Notes: generated by a model from the letters alone, not told the origin. 63,165 nt of DNA, filler included, from Octopus bimaculoides (GCF_001194135.2; 5 parts of 5 records of this genome joined end to end with filler, not necessarily neighbours in it), one strand, 5' to 3'. Positions 12,860-25,861 are shown, counted from the whole stretch's first letter. Numbers and translations: made by a program.

Positions 12860-13210
12860 GAAGAAGTGAGAAGCAGATTTTGTCTTCGATTTTCCTCCTC
12901 TGTTTTCTTCTTTGGTTTATTGTCACATCAAACCACAGTAAAAACTTTATACGTTTACGCCTTTCCCATATTCACTTGTATCGCTATTTCAAATGTGATA
13001 GCTCGGTTCAGCTTCTGTTGGTCATATCACATATGTTCTACCTGTGCCCGTGAAAATCCCACGGTTATTTTGAAAACTGTAAGATGCTGGAAGTTTATTA
13101 AGAACTATAAAATTCATTACTTTGTTTTGAAATTGTAATTTTTTCTGGAACATTTGGTCCTTGAGATGATGTAAACGTCCACTATGTAGGTAGTATTAAA
13201 AGTGTAGACT
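12860..13210 (-). mobile_element. Second degenerate copy of the same possibly R4-like region
   Basis: IWERRKRIK...VTINQRRKQRRKIEDKICFS; nucleotide similarity to 12043-12140. Confidence 0.3.
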
Positions 13211-13214
13211 TAAG

Positions 13215-13470
13215 CGGGGACATCTCTGAAATGAGAATACCGCAGGAAAGGACAGCAAGACAAGTTCTTCAAGCCGCGTCATTTGGCCGCAGATCTTGAA
13301 ATAGACCAAGAACGAAATGGGTGGAGAATATCCAGACTCTCAGCTGGTCACACTTGGGAGTCCAGCCGGAAAATGTAATGATGGACCCTTTTGATAGGGT
13401 CCTAAGGAGGAGGTGCTCGGGGACCCCTCCCCCTACTACCCTCCCAGGAATAGTGGGCGGAGATAGATGG
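13215..13470 (+). mobile_element. RTE-type LINE 3' end
   Basis: GDISEMRIPQERTARQVL..RPRTKWVENIQTLSWSHLG; paralog at 60330-60595. Confidence 0.6.
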
Positions 13471-14939
13471 ATGAGGGGATTTCAATTTCGTTTTGATTAT
13501 AAGCATATACTAAGGTGGAAGTACTCAAGTGGTCACGAGGAACAAGGTGTATAATTGATGTAAGTTTCAACAACGCGCACACACCCGCACGTACACACAC
13601 ACACACACACACACACGCACGCACGCACGCACGCACAAGCGCACACACACACACACACAGACACGCACACACAGAGACACACACACATGGGAACATAAAA
13701 CTTTCATTTAATCATTTCTACAACTGTTTCCATGAACCAGGAGAAACCATCGTCAGCTCTATAATAATTACATGATGAATTAACGTATCTGTAGAATGTG
13801 ATGTGAAAGTCATTTCATAAGGAACGGTTTTGAAATAGGAAAATCAAAACACCGATTCTGTTATAAGTATAACATCAAAAAAGAATATAAAAATAATAAG
13901 AGGAAAAATGAAATATGAATATGAAATATTTTTTGTTTGTCTTGTTTTTGTGTTGAGTCCTAGGTCCGTTATCCAGAAATGTTAACGTCGTAGACATATT
14001 TGTTTCCACTGAGCAATATATTTTACACAGTGCTTCTGTAGAGGCTTGCTTTAAAACTAGCGGTGATGGAACTTTGGATGTTGTGTAAAAGTTGTTTTGC
14101 ACTGATCAAATCGACAGATCTCTGTTTACAGACGATCTAGCCATGACACTCCCAGTTTATTTCTTCCGGTGTATTGTATCTAGGATATTATTATGTCAAA
14201 TTTCCTTCCTTTTTGTATGACGATAGTTGCGTCAGACCAAACGATCATGCAGAAAGCTGCCAAATTCGTACGAGTTTATTGAAATAAATGCCTAAATTTA
14301 GTTAGGCAAGTCATGAGACTTTCAAATGGTTGCTTTAATAATTATAATTTTCAAGTAATAATTGCAGCTGCCAACATGATTAAAGATGGACGTAGGAATT
14401 ATATAGGTTTACGTTCTTCCCAGAATTTTAGAATAGATTTTCTTTCTATTTCTAACATACCTGTCTGTAGGACATCATTGTAATGTTATCCACCGAATAG
14501 CTCCCATACTTTTCTTTTTCTTTCAATACAGTGTTTTCATATACTAGGTACAAACTAACTGTATTCTAAAATATTAACATTTATCGATCCCAGTTCTTTA
14601 TATGGTATCTCTTTTACCGGTTTCAGAAGGAAGGAATGTGAAGTCGATTCGGAGCAAAAGGAAAACTTGAACGAAACCGAATACTAATCGCTGTTATTCC
14701 CCCGTTTTTATGTGTATGCATGTATAGTTGTATGCTTGAATGTATGTATATATGTATGCATGCATGTATGTATGTATGTATGTATGTATGCATGCATGTA
14801 TGAGTGTAGGTAGGAACTTCGAAGTAACAGTCAATACATACATATATGTATATATAAACATATATATACATACATACATATATATATATGTATATATATA
14901 TATTATATAATATATATCGATTTTAATATGTGACAGCGT

Positions 14940-15125
14940 GTGTATCGTTGGCGATTTTCTTTCTCCGTCTTCCCTTCTTTGGACTATTTCTATATTTCTG
15001 ATGAAGAGCTCCGTTCAAAACGTGAAGTCCTCATTCTTTTCTTTTCTTCCCTGAGCGTCCAAACACTGTACTTATTTCACGTCCTCGCGTTGTTGTTTTT
15101 TCTTGCTTGTTCATGTTTGGATTGA
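14940..15125 (+). mobile_element. Penelope-like terminal repeat fragment with degenerate hammerhead core
   Basis: CTGATGA-A-GAGC-tcc-GTTC-AAAAC at 14998-15021, then ...ctgagcgtc; related sequence at 19374-19470. Confidence 0.5.
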
Positions 15126-15275
15126 TTANNNNNNNNNNATATATATATATATATATATATATACATACATACATAGATATACCATACATACATGCACGCA
15201 TACATACCTTGTGCTATATAGGAATTAACTGCTTCAGTCTGATGTACTAATACTTTTTTCTCTTCTATTTTGTAG

Positions 15276-16308
15276 AGAACTGAGGCTGAGCCTTGAATCC
15301 AGTGGAGAAATACTGGATTATACCCAAGACAGCACCAATTATACTTTCCGAATATTAAATTTAGTCAAAGATCTAAAAGGGACAAAAATATGGAAATTTG
15401 TTGGAGCAGTCGATAATTTCTATGTAAATTTAAGCACGGTGGCTGAACTTCCGGGTCGGCGGGAGAATGCTACGCACCGTTTTCGCAAACTTTATAGCAT
15501 CATTACCAAAGTTTCACCACCATTTATCATGCAAAAAGAGGCCTTTTCCGAAGATGGTGACTGCTATTCGTACGTGCCATGTGTTCAGGTAGCCAATGAA
15601 AGTGATGTTGATAATGCATTCGAAGACTACTTGCTTACTAATCGATACGATCATGACAAATTCAGTGTTTCTTGCTGCACAGGAGTGACCATAGATATCT
15701 TGGTCAAGCTGGCGACGGACATGGAATTTGATTTCATCCTCTTCTTTCTCAAAGAACCTTTCGATGGAAACTACACGTATGATTCAGGAAGTTGGAATGA
15801 CACGTTAATGTACCTGGAAGATGACAGAGTCGATATAGTGGCAGGACCGCTCAGTATAACAGTAGAACGGGTAAGGTATATCACATTCACTGAGGTGTAT
15901 TTTTACACTGGCTTCTCCATGATTACCATGAGGCGAGAGCGTGAAACTTCCATGGACGCCTTTCTAATGCCTTTTTCCGTGGAGGTATGGATCGGCATAG
16001 TGATAAGTGCCACAGTTACTGCCGTAGCAACATCGTTGTTCGAGTGGAACAGTCCATTTGGACTCAACCCTAAGGGGAGAAAACGGGATCGCAACTATAC
16101 CCTCGGTTCAGCACTCACTATGGTTTATTCAGTGCTTTTTGGTCATATCGTGCGCACCAAATCCCCTAAAAGTTGGCCAGGAAAAGTACTTCAGAACTTC
16201 TGGGCAGGTCTTGCAATTTTTATGATTGCAAGTTACACTGCTAATTTAGCTGCATACCTGGCAGGCCGCTCCGAGCAGTCGGATTTGCTAAACATAAATG
16301 ACGAACGG
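15276..16308 (+). CDS. GRIN3: Large internal exon of an NMDA-type glutamate receptor, GluN3/NR3-like subunit (ATD end, S1, M1, M2, M3, start of S2)
   Basis: Acceptor tttctcttctattttgtag|A at 15275/6 (phase 2) and donor CGG|gtaagt at 16308/9 (phase 0); open frame ELRLSLESSG...LLNINDER. NMDA-type Cys loop (DGDCYSYVPC...SCCTGVTIDIL), S1 AGPLSITVER, M1 then FEWNSPFGLNPKGRKR (GluN3A YEWKSPFGLTPKGRNR), M2 YSVLFGHIV (GluN3A YALLFGRTV), M3 SYTANLAAY. Confidence 0.95.
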
Positions 16309-17064
16309 GTAAGTAACTTTTTATACTTCGTATGTCTCTCAACCATACTCCATAAAAACTAAAATCTTCCGCATATTTACCTGCTTCTACAAAAAAAAAT
16401 TCTGTACTCCCTTCTTCAAGTTAAAATGTCCGATCACAGACTATTTATAAACTTCATTTTCTCACTGTGAATTTAATGCCTACAAATACAAAAATTTCAA
16501 AGGTTTCAAATACAAAGGTTTCCAATATTAGTCATCTGGACTCATAAATTTTAAGTAGTTTTACCGTTTCTATCGACCTTCTTTAATTTTTGTATCTGCA
16601 TGCGGAAGGATGTGAAGAAGTCATGGCCATCTCAATGTGTACGTTTCTTATTAAATACCATCCCTCCATTTAACAACAAGAAAACGTGGATAAAGTATTC
16701 GAGATATAACGAAATAAACAAGTAAACAGATAGACACTCTCACTTCTGGTCCATAGGTCTGCTGTCTTCTCTCTCTGCCATTTCTTTGAGTGAACGTGAC
16801 TCATGACTCCCTCGTAGTCCCCATCTCGCACCCTCTCATCACCTTTGTTCTATCCAACCCATCAGGCTTCCACAGTAATTAACACGTCCATTCCTTTCTT
16901 CCGTCCCACAACACCGATGCTCTTGAATTCCCTCGCCTGCACATACCTTTCTCGGGGATATTGACTTACAAAGTTCTCAAACTCACCGGCCTAGGAAAGC
17001 CTTGAAAGGGCACACTCATGCATACATACATACATACATACATACATACATACTTACATACATA

Positions 17065-17176
17065 CAAAAATGCCCTATTGCTGATGTTGAAATTCCAATG
17101 AAGGAGCCTTGGATCTAGGTTAGAAACCGGTTCTTTCTCCATTGGCAAGAAATCTTGAAATAAACTGAATAATGAC
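17065..17176 (+). mobile_element. Short 3'-UTR-only copy of the R4-like element
   Basis: Near match to 44960-45075, flanked by (CATA)n. Confidence 0.8.
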
Positions 17177-17910
17177 ATACATACATACATACATACATAC
17201 ATAATACATACATACATAATACGTACATACATATTTACATATTAATACGTACATAAGTACATACATACATACATACATACATACATACATACATAAATCA
17301 ACTGAATCGCACACTATAAAATCAATCAGCTATAAATAACTCGCACATTACAAATACAATCTGTAAGTGGAACAGTAAAATTATGCAAGGCTCTTCGCAG
17401 GTTTAGAATGTGGCGTTGTTTCCGTTATCTGCATTCCAACGATGAAGCTTTGTATCTCTGTTTGAAACTAGCCCCTTCTTCAGAGTAAGAAATTAAATTA
17501 TTAAAAACACAAGAGAAACATATATACACGCATACTTTTATAGATATGTGTGTATGTATGTATGTGTGTGTGAGAGTGAGAGAGAGATAGAGTATGTATG
17601 TATGTATGTATGTATGTACGTACGCACGTATGTAGTAATAGTTATTCAAATCGAATGTCTCATTTCGTCGCTACAACGTGTTTCCTATCCTTTGTATTTC
17701 ACAGCACCAATTCGCTTCAGTCGTTAATTTTAGACGGAAAAAAAAAACATTTAATATTTTTTTGTAATGATTGACGGAAGAAGTTGAGGCTGGCGTGAGA
17801 ATAAGACAGAAATAGACTATTGAGAAGGTGTAAAGGGAAAAAAAAAGTGCGAGAAATATTAAGAAAGAGAGAGGGCGAAGAGAATAAAAGCGAGAAGAAG
17901 CATGAAAGGA

Positions 17911-17946
<36 letters not shown>

Positions 17947-18072
17947 AACACAGGATTAGACGGGGAAAGATAAACGGGGAAGTTGAGAAGAATTTGGAAT
18001 ATATGTATGTCGTATGATATTGTCTGATAGAGTATAGAAAGAATAAGAAAAGAGTTCGAAAGAATGAAACAG

Positions 18073-18136
<64 letters not shown>

Positions 18137-18325
18137 CAGAGAGATTTTAATCTGTTTGTGCATTGTTTCCACATCATATAAAACTTTTCCAGTTCTTACT
18201 CTAAACTTCACCAGGAGACATGCATACATACGTATGGATATACACACACATATAAACATAGACCTACATGCATGCATACGTATATTCACATATATATGTA
18301 TGTATAAGAATACGTGTATGTATAG

Positions 18326-18369
<44 letters not shown>

Positions 18370-19769
18370 GAGGAAGCTTATGTAGAAAGTTCGATGCTTT
18401 GATGGATGGGTAGATGGACGGACTGATCGATGGATGCATGTATAAATAGAGAGATAAAACGATTCAGTAAAACATTTCAAAGCGATCGGGAGATTGAGAG
18501 GAATTGAATACGGAGGCTGAAAATACGCAAACAATGAAAAAAGTATGTAAGTACAAAGAGAACAGTAACCCACAGAGAGATAAACAAAAATAAAAAGAAA
18601 GAAAAGGATTGAGGGAAAGAAAAGAGAAAAAGAAAATAGCGAGGGAAAAAGTTGAAAGGTGTAAGGAAGTAATGTTGAACAAAATTATATTAACTCCACT
18701 AATTTAATTCTCACCGAAAAATCTAATGCAATATTTCAGGTTTCGGTTTTTTTTTTTTTTTTAATGAAAAGAATTGTAATTATTTAATTTATATTTTCAT
18801 CACTTCGGCATATTTCAATTTACATCGAAACTGTAATTGAGCACGATTCATTAACCTAATCATACATTTGCCTATCTGCACGTTAACATATTTATTTTTA
18901 AAAAATTGTGTCTATTCGTCAAGGTATTTTAATCGTATTATCTATTTTTATGCATTTATTTTTTTATCGAACTACCGACATATTGTTTACTTACATCTGA
19001 CTATCTAACCCTAACTCGCAAAATGCATGTGTGGCATGGATCAATATGCATACACAGGAACACACACACTTACACACATACACACACACTTACACACATA
19101 CACACACACTTACACACATACATACACACATACACACACACATACATACATACATACATACATACATACACACATACATACGTATGTACGCACGTACGTC
19201 ATTGCGCGCACGCGTTCCTAAACAAAAATATAAAGACGAACAGGTATATAAAGATAGAAATGCCAATATGAATGTTTACGTATGTATGTATGCATGTATC
19301 TGTCTGTGTGTCGGTCCATCGGTCTACCTATCTGTCTGCCTGTCTGTCTATCTATACCTTTTCCCATTCCTTTCTCCCGAAGTGCGTGGGCTTGAAATGT
19401 CAAAAACTTTTCCAAATTTCCTGAGCGTCAAACTGATACACTTTGCTTGTTATTTCCTCGCCTGTCTCTGTCTTTTGTTTTTGTACAATTTTGAACTATA
19501 TATATATAATTATTTAAAATTATTTAAAATTATAATACAGGGTATCTAAGAGATACCGCCACGCTGAAAAATAGCAGTCAAATTCTGACTCTAAAACCAC
19601 AATAAATGTCCACATAGTAGAAGGAGCGAAGACGAAGACAAAATAAACCAGTTCGCACATACACATATATACACATTACTTTATAAGTAATCCTAAAATT
19701 TTTCCTAAGCGTCAATATTTATCTTCTGCCCCTGCATATGCCTCCCTACACTATCATTTTTTTACAATT

Positions 19770-19804
<35 letters not shown>

Positions 19805-20010
19805 TGTTGTTGTTGTTGTTGTTGTTGTAAGAAGGTAAAAAGAAACAATTAACCGTTAGCGTGTTCCGGCGAAACGAAGAGTGGAGAGAATACAAAAGAT
19901 AGCTCGGAGATATGTAAATGAAAATGTACTTATGCATTTTCAGAAATCCTTTAACGCATGCTGCGTGGACTGAATTTTTACCTTATTCTCAATATTTTGG
20001 CATTAAGATA

Positions 20011-20055
<45 letters not shown>

Positions 20056-20155
20056 NNNNNNNNNNNNNNNNNNNNNNNNNNNNNNNNNNNNNNNNNNNNT
20101 TAATTAATTAANNNNNNNNNNNNNNNNNNNNNNNNNNNNNNNNNNNNNNNNNNNN
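20056..20155. other. Assembly placeholder join (44 N + TTAATTAATTAA + 44 N)
   Basis: Same pattern; left boundary of the block holding the Ig exons. Confidence 0.92.
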
Positions 20156-20199
20156 CTTGAAATAGGTTTAATTACACATGTATTACAAATGTAGTATAT

Positions 20200-20580
20200 T
20201 CGTAGTAGAGAATTGAGACTGTTCTCTCCAGCGCCGCCGTGAGTGATAAATCATATGTATGTTATGGAGAATATACCAACCAGCATTGGCCAAACGACCT
20301 CAACATTAGTTTCAGAATTCATCCAAGTCTAGGACCACGGGTCATACGTCTCCTACCCAATTCAGGTTCACAACGCATAAATAAACTGCAACAAAATTAT
20401 TTTCCTCAACAGGCCCTGCTCTATTTAACATTGTCCGAAACAGATGAAAGAGGAAAACGATCCCGTCACCTTTAAACGGAATCTGGACAAATTTCTTTAA
20501 AGAATACCAGATAAGCTACCTATACCCGGATACAACTCACTCAACAAGAAGTCCCTACTCGAACGGACCATGGTACCATA
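20200..20580 (+). mobile_element. CR1/L2-like LINE 3' end
   Basis: PNDLNISFRIHPSLGPRVIR..NYFPQ; then VTFKRNLDKF..RIPDK..IPGYNSLNKKSLL, an RT C-terminal pattern. Confidence 0.65.
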
Positions 20581-20924
20581 AATCTTGACTTAAAAAAGAT
20601 TTAGCTAATCCACTCTTTGGTCAAAACAGATCTAAGTTTTAAGTTATATACATATATATATTTGAAGATAAGCAACAAAAATTCAATAGATTATAGCAGT
20701 ACGTACGTTTCGTACAAGCTCCATTTATTCATGTAGTGAGAACACCACATAGAATGTACAATGAAAATGTACTCCTCAGCTGCATAATGGAATTTCATTT
20801 TAGAAAGACATTTTGAATATGTTTGCAAAAAACAAGAGTAAGAGAAGAAAACATACCATATATATATATATATTAGAATTCAAAAATGCGCACGCTGAAA
20901 GGGTTACAAAATGTCAAAATAGAC

Positions 20925-20995
20925 CTTAAAAAGTACGGGACTAGCATTGTTGCTCAAAAATATTGGATCACTATATGTTGTACATTCCGTGACAT
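20925..20995 (-). CDS. Candidate Ig-array exon D completing the B2 domain (F-G strands)
   Basis: Good acceptor ttttttgttttaag|AT, weaker donor AAG|gtctat; 71 bp, phase 1-0; (D)VTECTTYSDPIFLSNNASPVLFK supplies the F-strand Cys where A exons have xITCR. Confidence 0.45.
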
Positions 20996-21431
20996 CTTAA
21001 AACAAAAAAGAGACTCCCATGTGAATTACGATGCCACGATGATTATTAAACCGAGTTCTTAAATTTAAAAGTCAACACAACATGCTCATTATTTTTCTTC
21101 ATTTTATTTGAAAGTTATGCATAATATCAAATCAAAATGTATTTCCTGCGTAATTTACGACGAAAATTTGCATCTTCATTTTGATAAGAACATTTGCAAA
21201 TCTTGGAATTGCAAAAACCCTCACTATTGCTCTCCAAGTATAATACTTCTTTTACTCTACTCTTTCTCACATTTAACTTTTCTTGCTGTCAGCCTCTTTC
21301 CCTCTGTTGTTTCAATCTCCAAATCTCCTGTTGGTTTTTCTTATACAAATCAAGTATCAAATTAATTCCCTGCTTCTTTTGAACGAGTGATTTTAAAGTG
21401 AAAAGAAAAAATTATGAAGATGAATTCTCAC

Positions 21432-21638
21432 CTGAATTGTTTTCTCCTAAATTACTTAAGGTCACTTCGGATTGCGATTCTCCATTTACCATCATTTGTG
21501 TCATTCTCGTTGTTATGTCAGTGTTATTAAAGTACCATTTATATTTTATATTTGTTAAATTACTGTTTGTGCGACAAGTGAACGTTATGTTGTTAGCACT
21601 TTGCTTAGTAGTTATTTCAAGTATTGAAAATCTGGGAA
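21432..21638 (-). CDS. Ig-array gene exon B2
   Basis: Acceptor cctcttttttcag|TT, donor TCAG|gtgaga; 207 bp, phase 1-1; (I)PRFSILEITTKQSANNITFTCRTNSNLTNIKYKWYFNNTDITTRMTQMMVNGESQSEVTLSNLGENNS; shares ESQSEVTL with B1. Confidence 0.88.
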
Positions 21639-22853
21639 CTGAAAAAAGAGGAAAACAAAAGGTTAACAAGAATAATTTTGAAAAAAGACACACGCACATA
21701 TATACGTAAACACATGCATATATTCGCACAGACCCACACATGCACACACAATTTGATGCACATGTTTGTCTGTTTATGTGCTTGTAGGGGTTACCGAAGG
21801 AAGTGAGACGGTGTTAAGTGGAGCTGATTCAAAAATGATTTGAAGATTGTAGAGAATAGTGTAGTAATGTTAGAAGCAGAGAGACAGATAAGGAGTAATA
21901 AAGTATTGATGTGCCTTGAGCCCTAAAATAATCCTAATCCTAGGAGTATCACTCTATCAATGTTATACATATGAAGTGATTATTGAAGTTCTTGAGGATT
22001 AGTGTATGTAGAGTATTTTGTAGGTTTAAAGAGGTATTACTTAATGATGCAGGGTGGGTGTGAGGCAAAACTATTTCCTTTATATTCCACTGATAGTATG
22101 GTTGAGTTCGATTCCCGGCAGCGCATCATGATCTTGAACAAGACACTTTATTTCACGTTGTTCCAGTTCATGCAGCTGGCAGAAATGAGTTACACCTGCA
22201 ATTCAAAGGGCCAGTCTTGTCACATTCTATGTCACGTTGAATCTCCCCTATGGAGTGAAAAACCACAGATGATTGACGCCGGTGAAAAAGTCTCAAAGAG
22301 GTGTGTTTCCAAAGAAGTTGTAAAAAGAAAGAAGCCGCAGATTGATGGAGAAAGAGAGAAAGAGAGAAAGAGAGACAGTGAGGGGGAGGAAAGATAAGAG
22401 GAAAGAGGGAGAGACGAAGTGAGAGGGGAATAAAGAGAGAGTAGAATAGAATAGAAATGAGAGGAGGATGAAGAGCGAGAAAGAAATGAAGAGAGGGAGA
22501 GAACCTTATGGTTATGATTTACGTTTGTTTGTATCACATTTGGGATAATACAAGATTTAATTTCATTTAGGAGTAAAATTCAATATTAACATATTTATAA
22601 TTTGGTGCGAAATGATCTGTATTTTAGCGTTGAAGGAGCAGGCAAAGTAATGTTTCGAGTTATGTTGAAGAAAATAGACATCGCAGTTTTAAAAGACTGT
22701 AACACATAGAGAAAAACAAAACAAAAAAGCATGAAGTGGATAAGATTATATTGCAAATAAAATGTGAGGAAGCAGACTGTTATATTATATATTAAAATAA
22801 ATACATAACAACAATATTTAATTACTAACGTAAGTTACACAAAGACTACATAC

Positions 22854-22952
22854 TTTTAAGTAAGTAAACAGTTTTGCTTTTTATGATTCCTCTTTTGTTA
22901 CCGTGTTCAGCATAGCAGAAAATCTTCGTTTCATTTACCATTGTAAAGCGTC
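22854..22952 (-). CDS. Ig-array gene exon C2
   Basis: Not in ORF track. Acceptor tatttattag|GA, donor AAAA|gtatgt; 99 bp, phase 1-1; (G)RFTMVNETKIFCYAEHGNKRGIIKSKTVYLLK; shares KIFCYA and RGIIK with C1. Confidence 0.85.
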
Positions 22953-23159
22953 CTAATAAATATAATTGTAGATATTAGTAGAATTGCTGAATAGTTAAAA
23001 CAAATATTGAACATTATTAAATTCAAGTATCAGATCAATGATAAACAAATCTGGTGATAGTCTAGGGAAGACACTTGACCAAATTCTCCAGATGACAATA
23101 TACTGGTTACTTTCCTCGGTTTTTCCCTTAGATCCATATTCATTTATGGACTCACAAAA

Positions 23160-23812
23160 TACTGCGGAGATGTTTAAATTGCTCCTGAGGTGGCGAGCTG
23201 CCATAATCGTTAGCATGTCATGCAAAATGTTTAGCAGCTTCATATTCTGAGTTCAAATGCCTCTCACGTCGACTTTATCTTTCATCCTTTCAGGATCGAT
23301 AAAATAAGTACCAGCTGAGCAATGGTGGTCGATGTAATCGACTTTACTTAACTCCCAGAAATTGCTGGCTGTGCGCCAAACGTTGAAACGGATTTTAAGC
23401 TGCTCAGAAGGCGGTAAGCAGAATCGTTACCGCGTTGGACAAAATGCTAAGTGGCATTTCTTCCGACTTTACGTTCTGAGTTCAAATTCCCACGAGATCG
23501 ACTTTGCCTCTCATCCTTTGGGGTCGATAAATAGCAGTTGATAAATAGCAATCGACTTATCCCCGCCCGCAAAGTTGCTAGACTTGTGTCAAAATTTGAA
23601 ACCAATTTTAAATTGCTCCAAGGCGGCAAGCTGGTAGAATCGTTAGCATGCCGGGAAAAATGATTAGCAGCATTTCGTCCATCTTCATGTCCTGAGTTCA
23701 AATGCCGCCAAGGTCTACTTCTTTCTTTCATTTTTTCGGGATCGATAAAATATGTAGCAGTTGAAACCTGGTTTCGATGTAATCGACCTAACCCCTCTCC
23801 GAAAGTACTGGC
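23160..23812 (+). mobile_element. Three head-to-tail tRNA-derived SINEs, family C
   Basis: ggcggcgagctggcagaatcgttagc..ctgagttcaaat..gtcgactttgcctttcatcc repeated three times. Other copies near 8905-9025, 27985-28155, 35470-35830, 45245-45440. Confidence 0.8.
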
Positions 23813-24628
23813 CTTTAATCTATCTATCTATCTATCTACCCATCCATTTTCCTTTTCTCTATATATTGGATTTTAATGCTTATTTTCAGTACACTTCAGG
23901 ACGAAAGCCTCAGCATGTTCTCTCCTCCAGCCACAGCTCGATGTGGAGGTCGTAAATTTCAGCTTGAGATCATACTATTTCAACGAACTTATTCTAACAC
24001 ACTGGCATGACATGGCTTGTCAGAGGGGGTGCAGCATTTTTTCTAATTTCTCACCCAGGACCAGTTAATTCAACTGGCACTTATCATTTCGCCCGGCGTG
24101 CAAACGATTGTGTGTGTGTGTGCGTGTGCGCATGTGCGTGTATGTGTGTGTGTGTGTGTGTGTGTGCGTGTATGCAGTGTGTGTGTGTGTGTGTGTGTTT
24201 GACTTCTATTACAAAACTGCTTTCGGCTGCAACACACACAAGAATGTATACACTAAAACCTTTTTCTATACAAAAGACTCGAAGTAATATATGGTCCTTT
24301 TCTTTCTTCTCCTTTCAGCTTACTTGTCCTCTCAAGCGTACTTTGTGAATACATACACCAAAATATTTTCAGTAAAACTATAACATGAAAGCATTTGTTT
24401 TGTGAAAACGTATTTACATATAATTATTTCCAGACTTATAAATACACAGAATAAAAGTATTTAATCATCATGTTAGAAAGTTAACCTCATTTTAATTCAA
24501 ATAATTTATATGTATATAAAACTTCAATGCAACTTCAACCTTTTCTCAGTTTTTTCTTTGTACCAGATATATATGTAAATGAAGTATTTGTCTCATGTGT
24601 GTAGTAAAATATAAAAGTTATCTCTTAC

Positions 24629-24865
24629 CTGTGACATTTCCTTTTACAGCAGGAGGGTATGATACAGTTTTATGAGTTGAAGGCACCTCAGTTGCGTAAA
24701 CATCAGCATTTTGTACGTTACTGTTACAGTTATAATTCACCACAGAATTGGATAATGATAAGTTCTGTGAATTAATAGTGACTTGTGGAATCGATGCAAT
24801 ATCTGTGGTTATGTTTTGGTCGTCCATAAATAAGGTTCCGTGAAATGTTCGGCACGTTATGATGG
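24629..24865 (-). CDS. Ig-array gene exon A2
   Basis: Acceptor tatattctacag|CC, donor ACAG|gtaaga; 237 bp, phase 1-1; (A)IITCRTFHGTLFMDDQNITTDIASIPQVTINSQNLSLSNSVVNYNCNSNVQNADVYATEVPSTHKTVSYPPAVKGNVT(G). Confidence 0.87.
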
Positions 24866-25131
24866 CTGTAGAATATAGATATGTGAAACTAGCAGTTATA
24901 TTTAGTTGAAATGTATTCAGGGTGCATAAAAATATGAAATTCTCTCGTTTTACTTTATATATGAGGTCAAGTATTAGATGATTGTAAAGAAATTGTTAGA
25001 ATTTCGGTGAAGTATAATAGTATATAAAGTAACGTAAGGCATTCACAGAAACTGGTGATGATCTGCTCGTCAAACGCTAGTCTATGTAAATTCTGTGTAA
25101 TATAGTACAGTGAGTAAATTTCGTATGTTTA

Positions 25132-25165
<34 letters not shown>

Positions 25166-25861
25166 CATATACATATACATACATATACATCCATATAGAT
25201 ATGTATAAATATATGTTCAAAATTTTACCTGATGATAGTGGATTGACGTTATGAGGTAATCTTTCATGATTGCATTAAATAAAATACTACCGAATCAGCC
25301 GTTACAAATTTTGCGTTTCTTTCTTGCTTTCTTTCTTTATTTTCTTTCTTTATTTATTTTCTTTCTTTCTTTATTTTCTTTCTTTCTTTATTTTCTTTCT
25401 TTCTTTATTTTCTTTCTTTCTTTATTTTCTTTCTTTCTTTCTTTCTCTTTTCTCCCCCCTCTCCCCCTCTCCCTCTGACTGTCTAGCTATCTGTTTATCT
25501 CTTTACAAAAATACGCAGACAACTCAAAAGTAAATAGACACAACTATTTTTAAAAGACATATTTCTAGATATAAAATTATACCACTTGATATATTTAAAT
25601 ACTTAATCAAGTATTTAGTAGGCAAGCCTTGTGCATAATACACTAGCAAGTTTGAAGCAACAAGTAGTGTCCGCACAAAGAAAACGGTAAGATGGTATTG
25701 TTTGTTTACTTTAAAAGGTGTCTGTTTAAATACATATATCAGTATGCATATGCACATACACAAGTGAATGTATACATACATTGATACATTGATACATACA
25801 TACATTCATACATGCATACTTATATGCATGCATATATGCATGTATATATATGTATGTATGT

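Noticed and set aside
13921-14090. Signal-peptide-like + ORF with an in-frame TGA (selenoprotein?)
   Set aside because: No SECIS seen, short, embedded among degenerate repeats.
17704-17770. HQFASV after tttcacag as the next GluN3 exon
   Set aside because: Runs into an A tract and a stop within about 20 codons; no S2 motifs.
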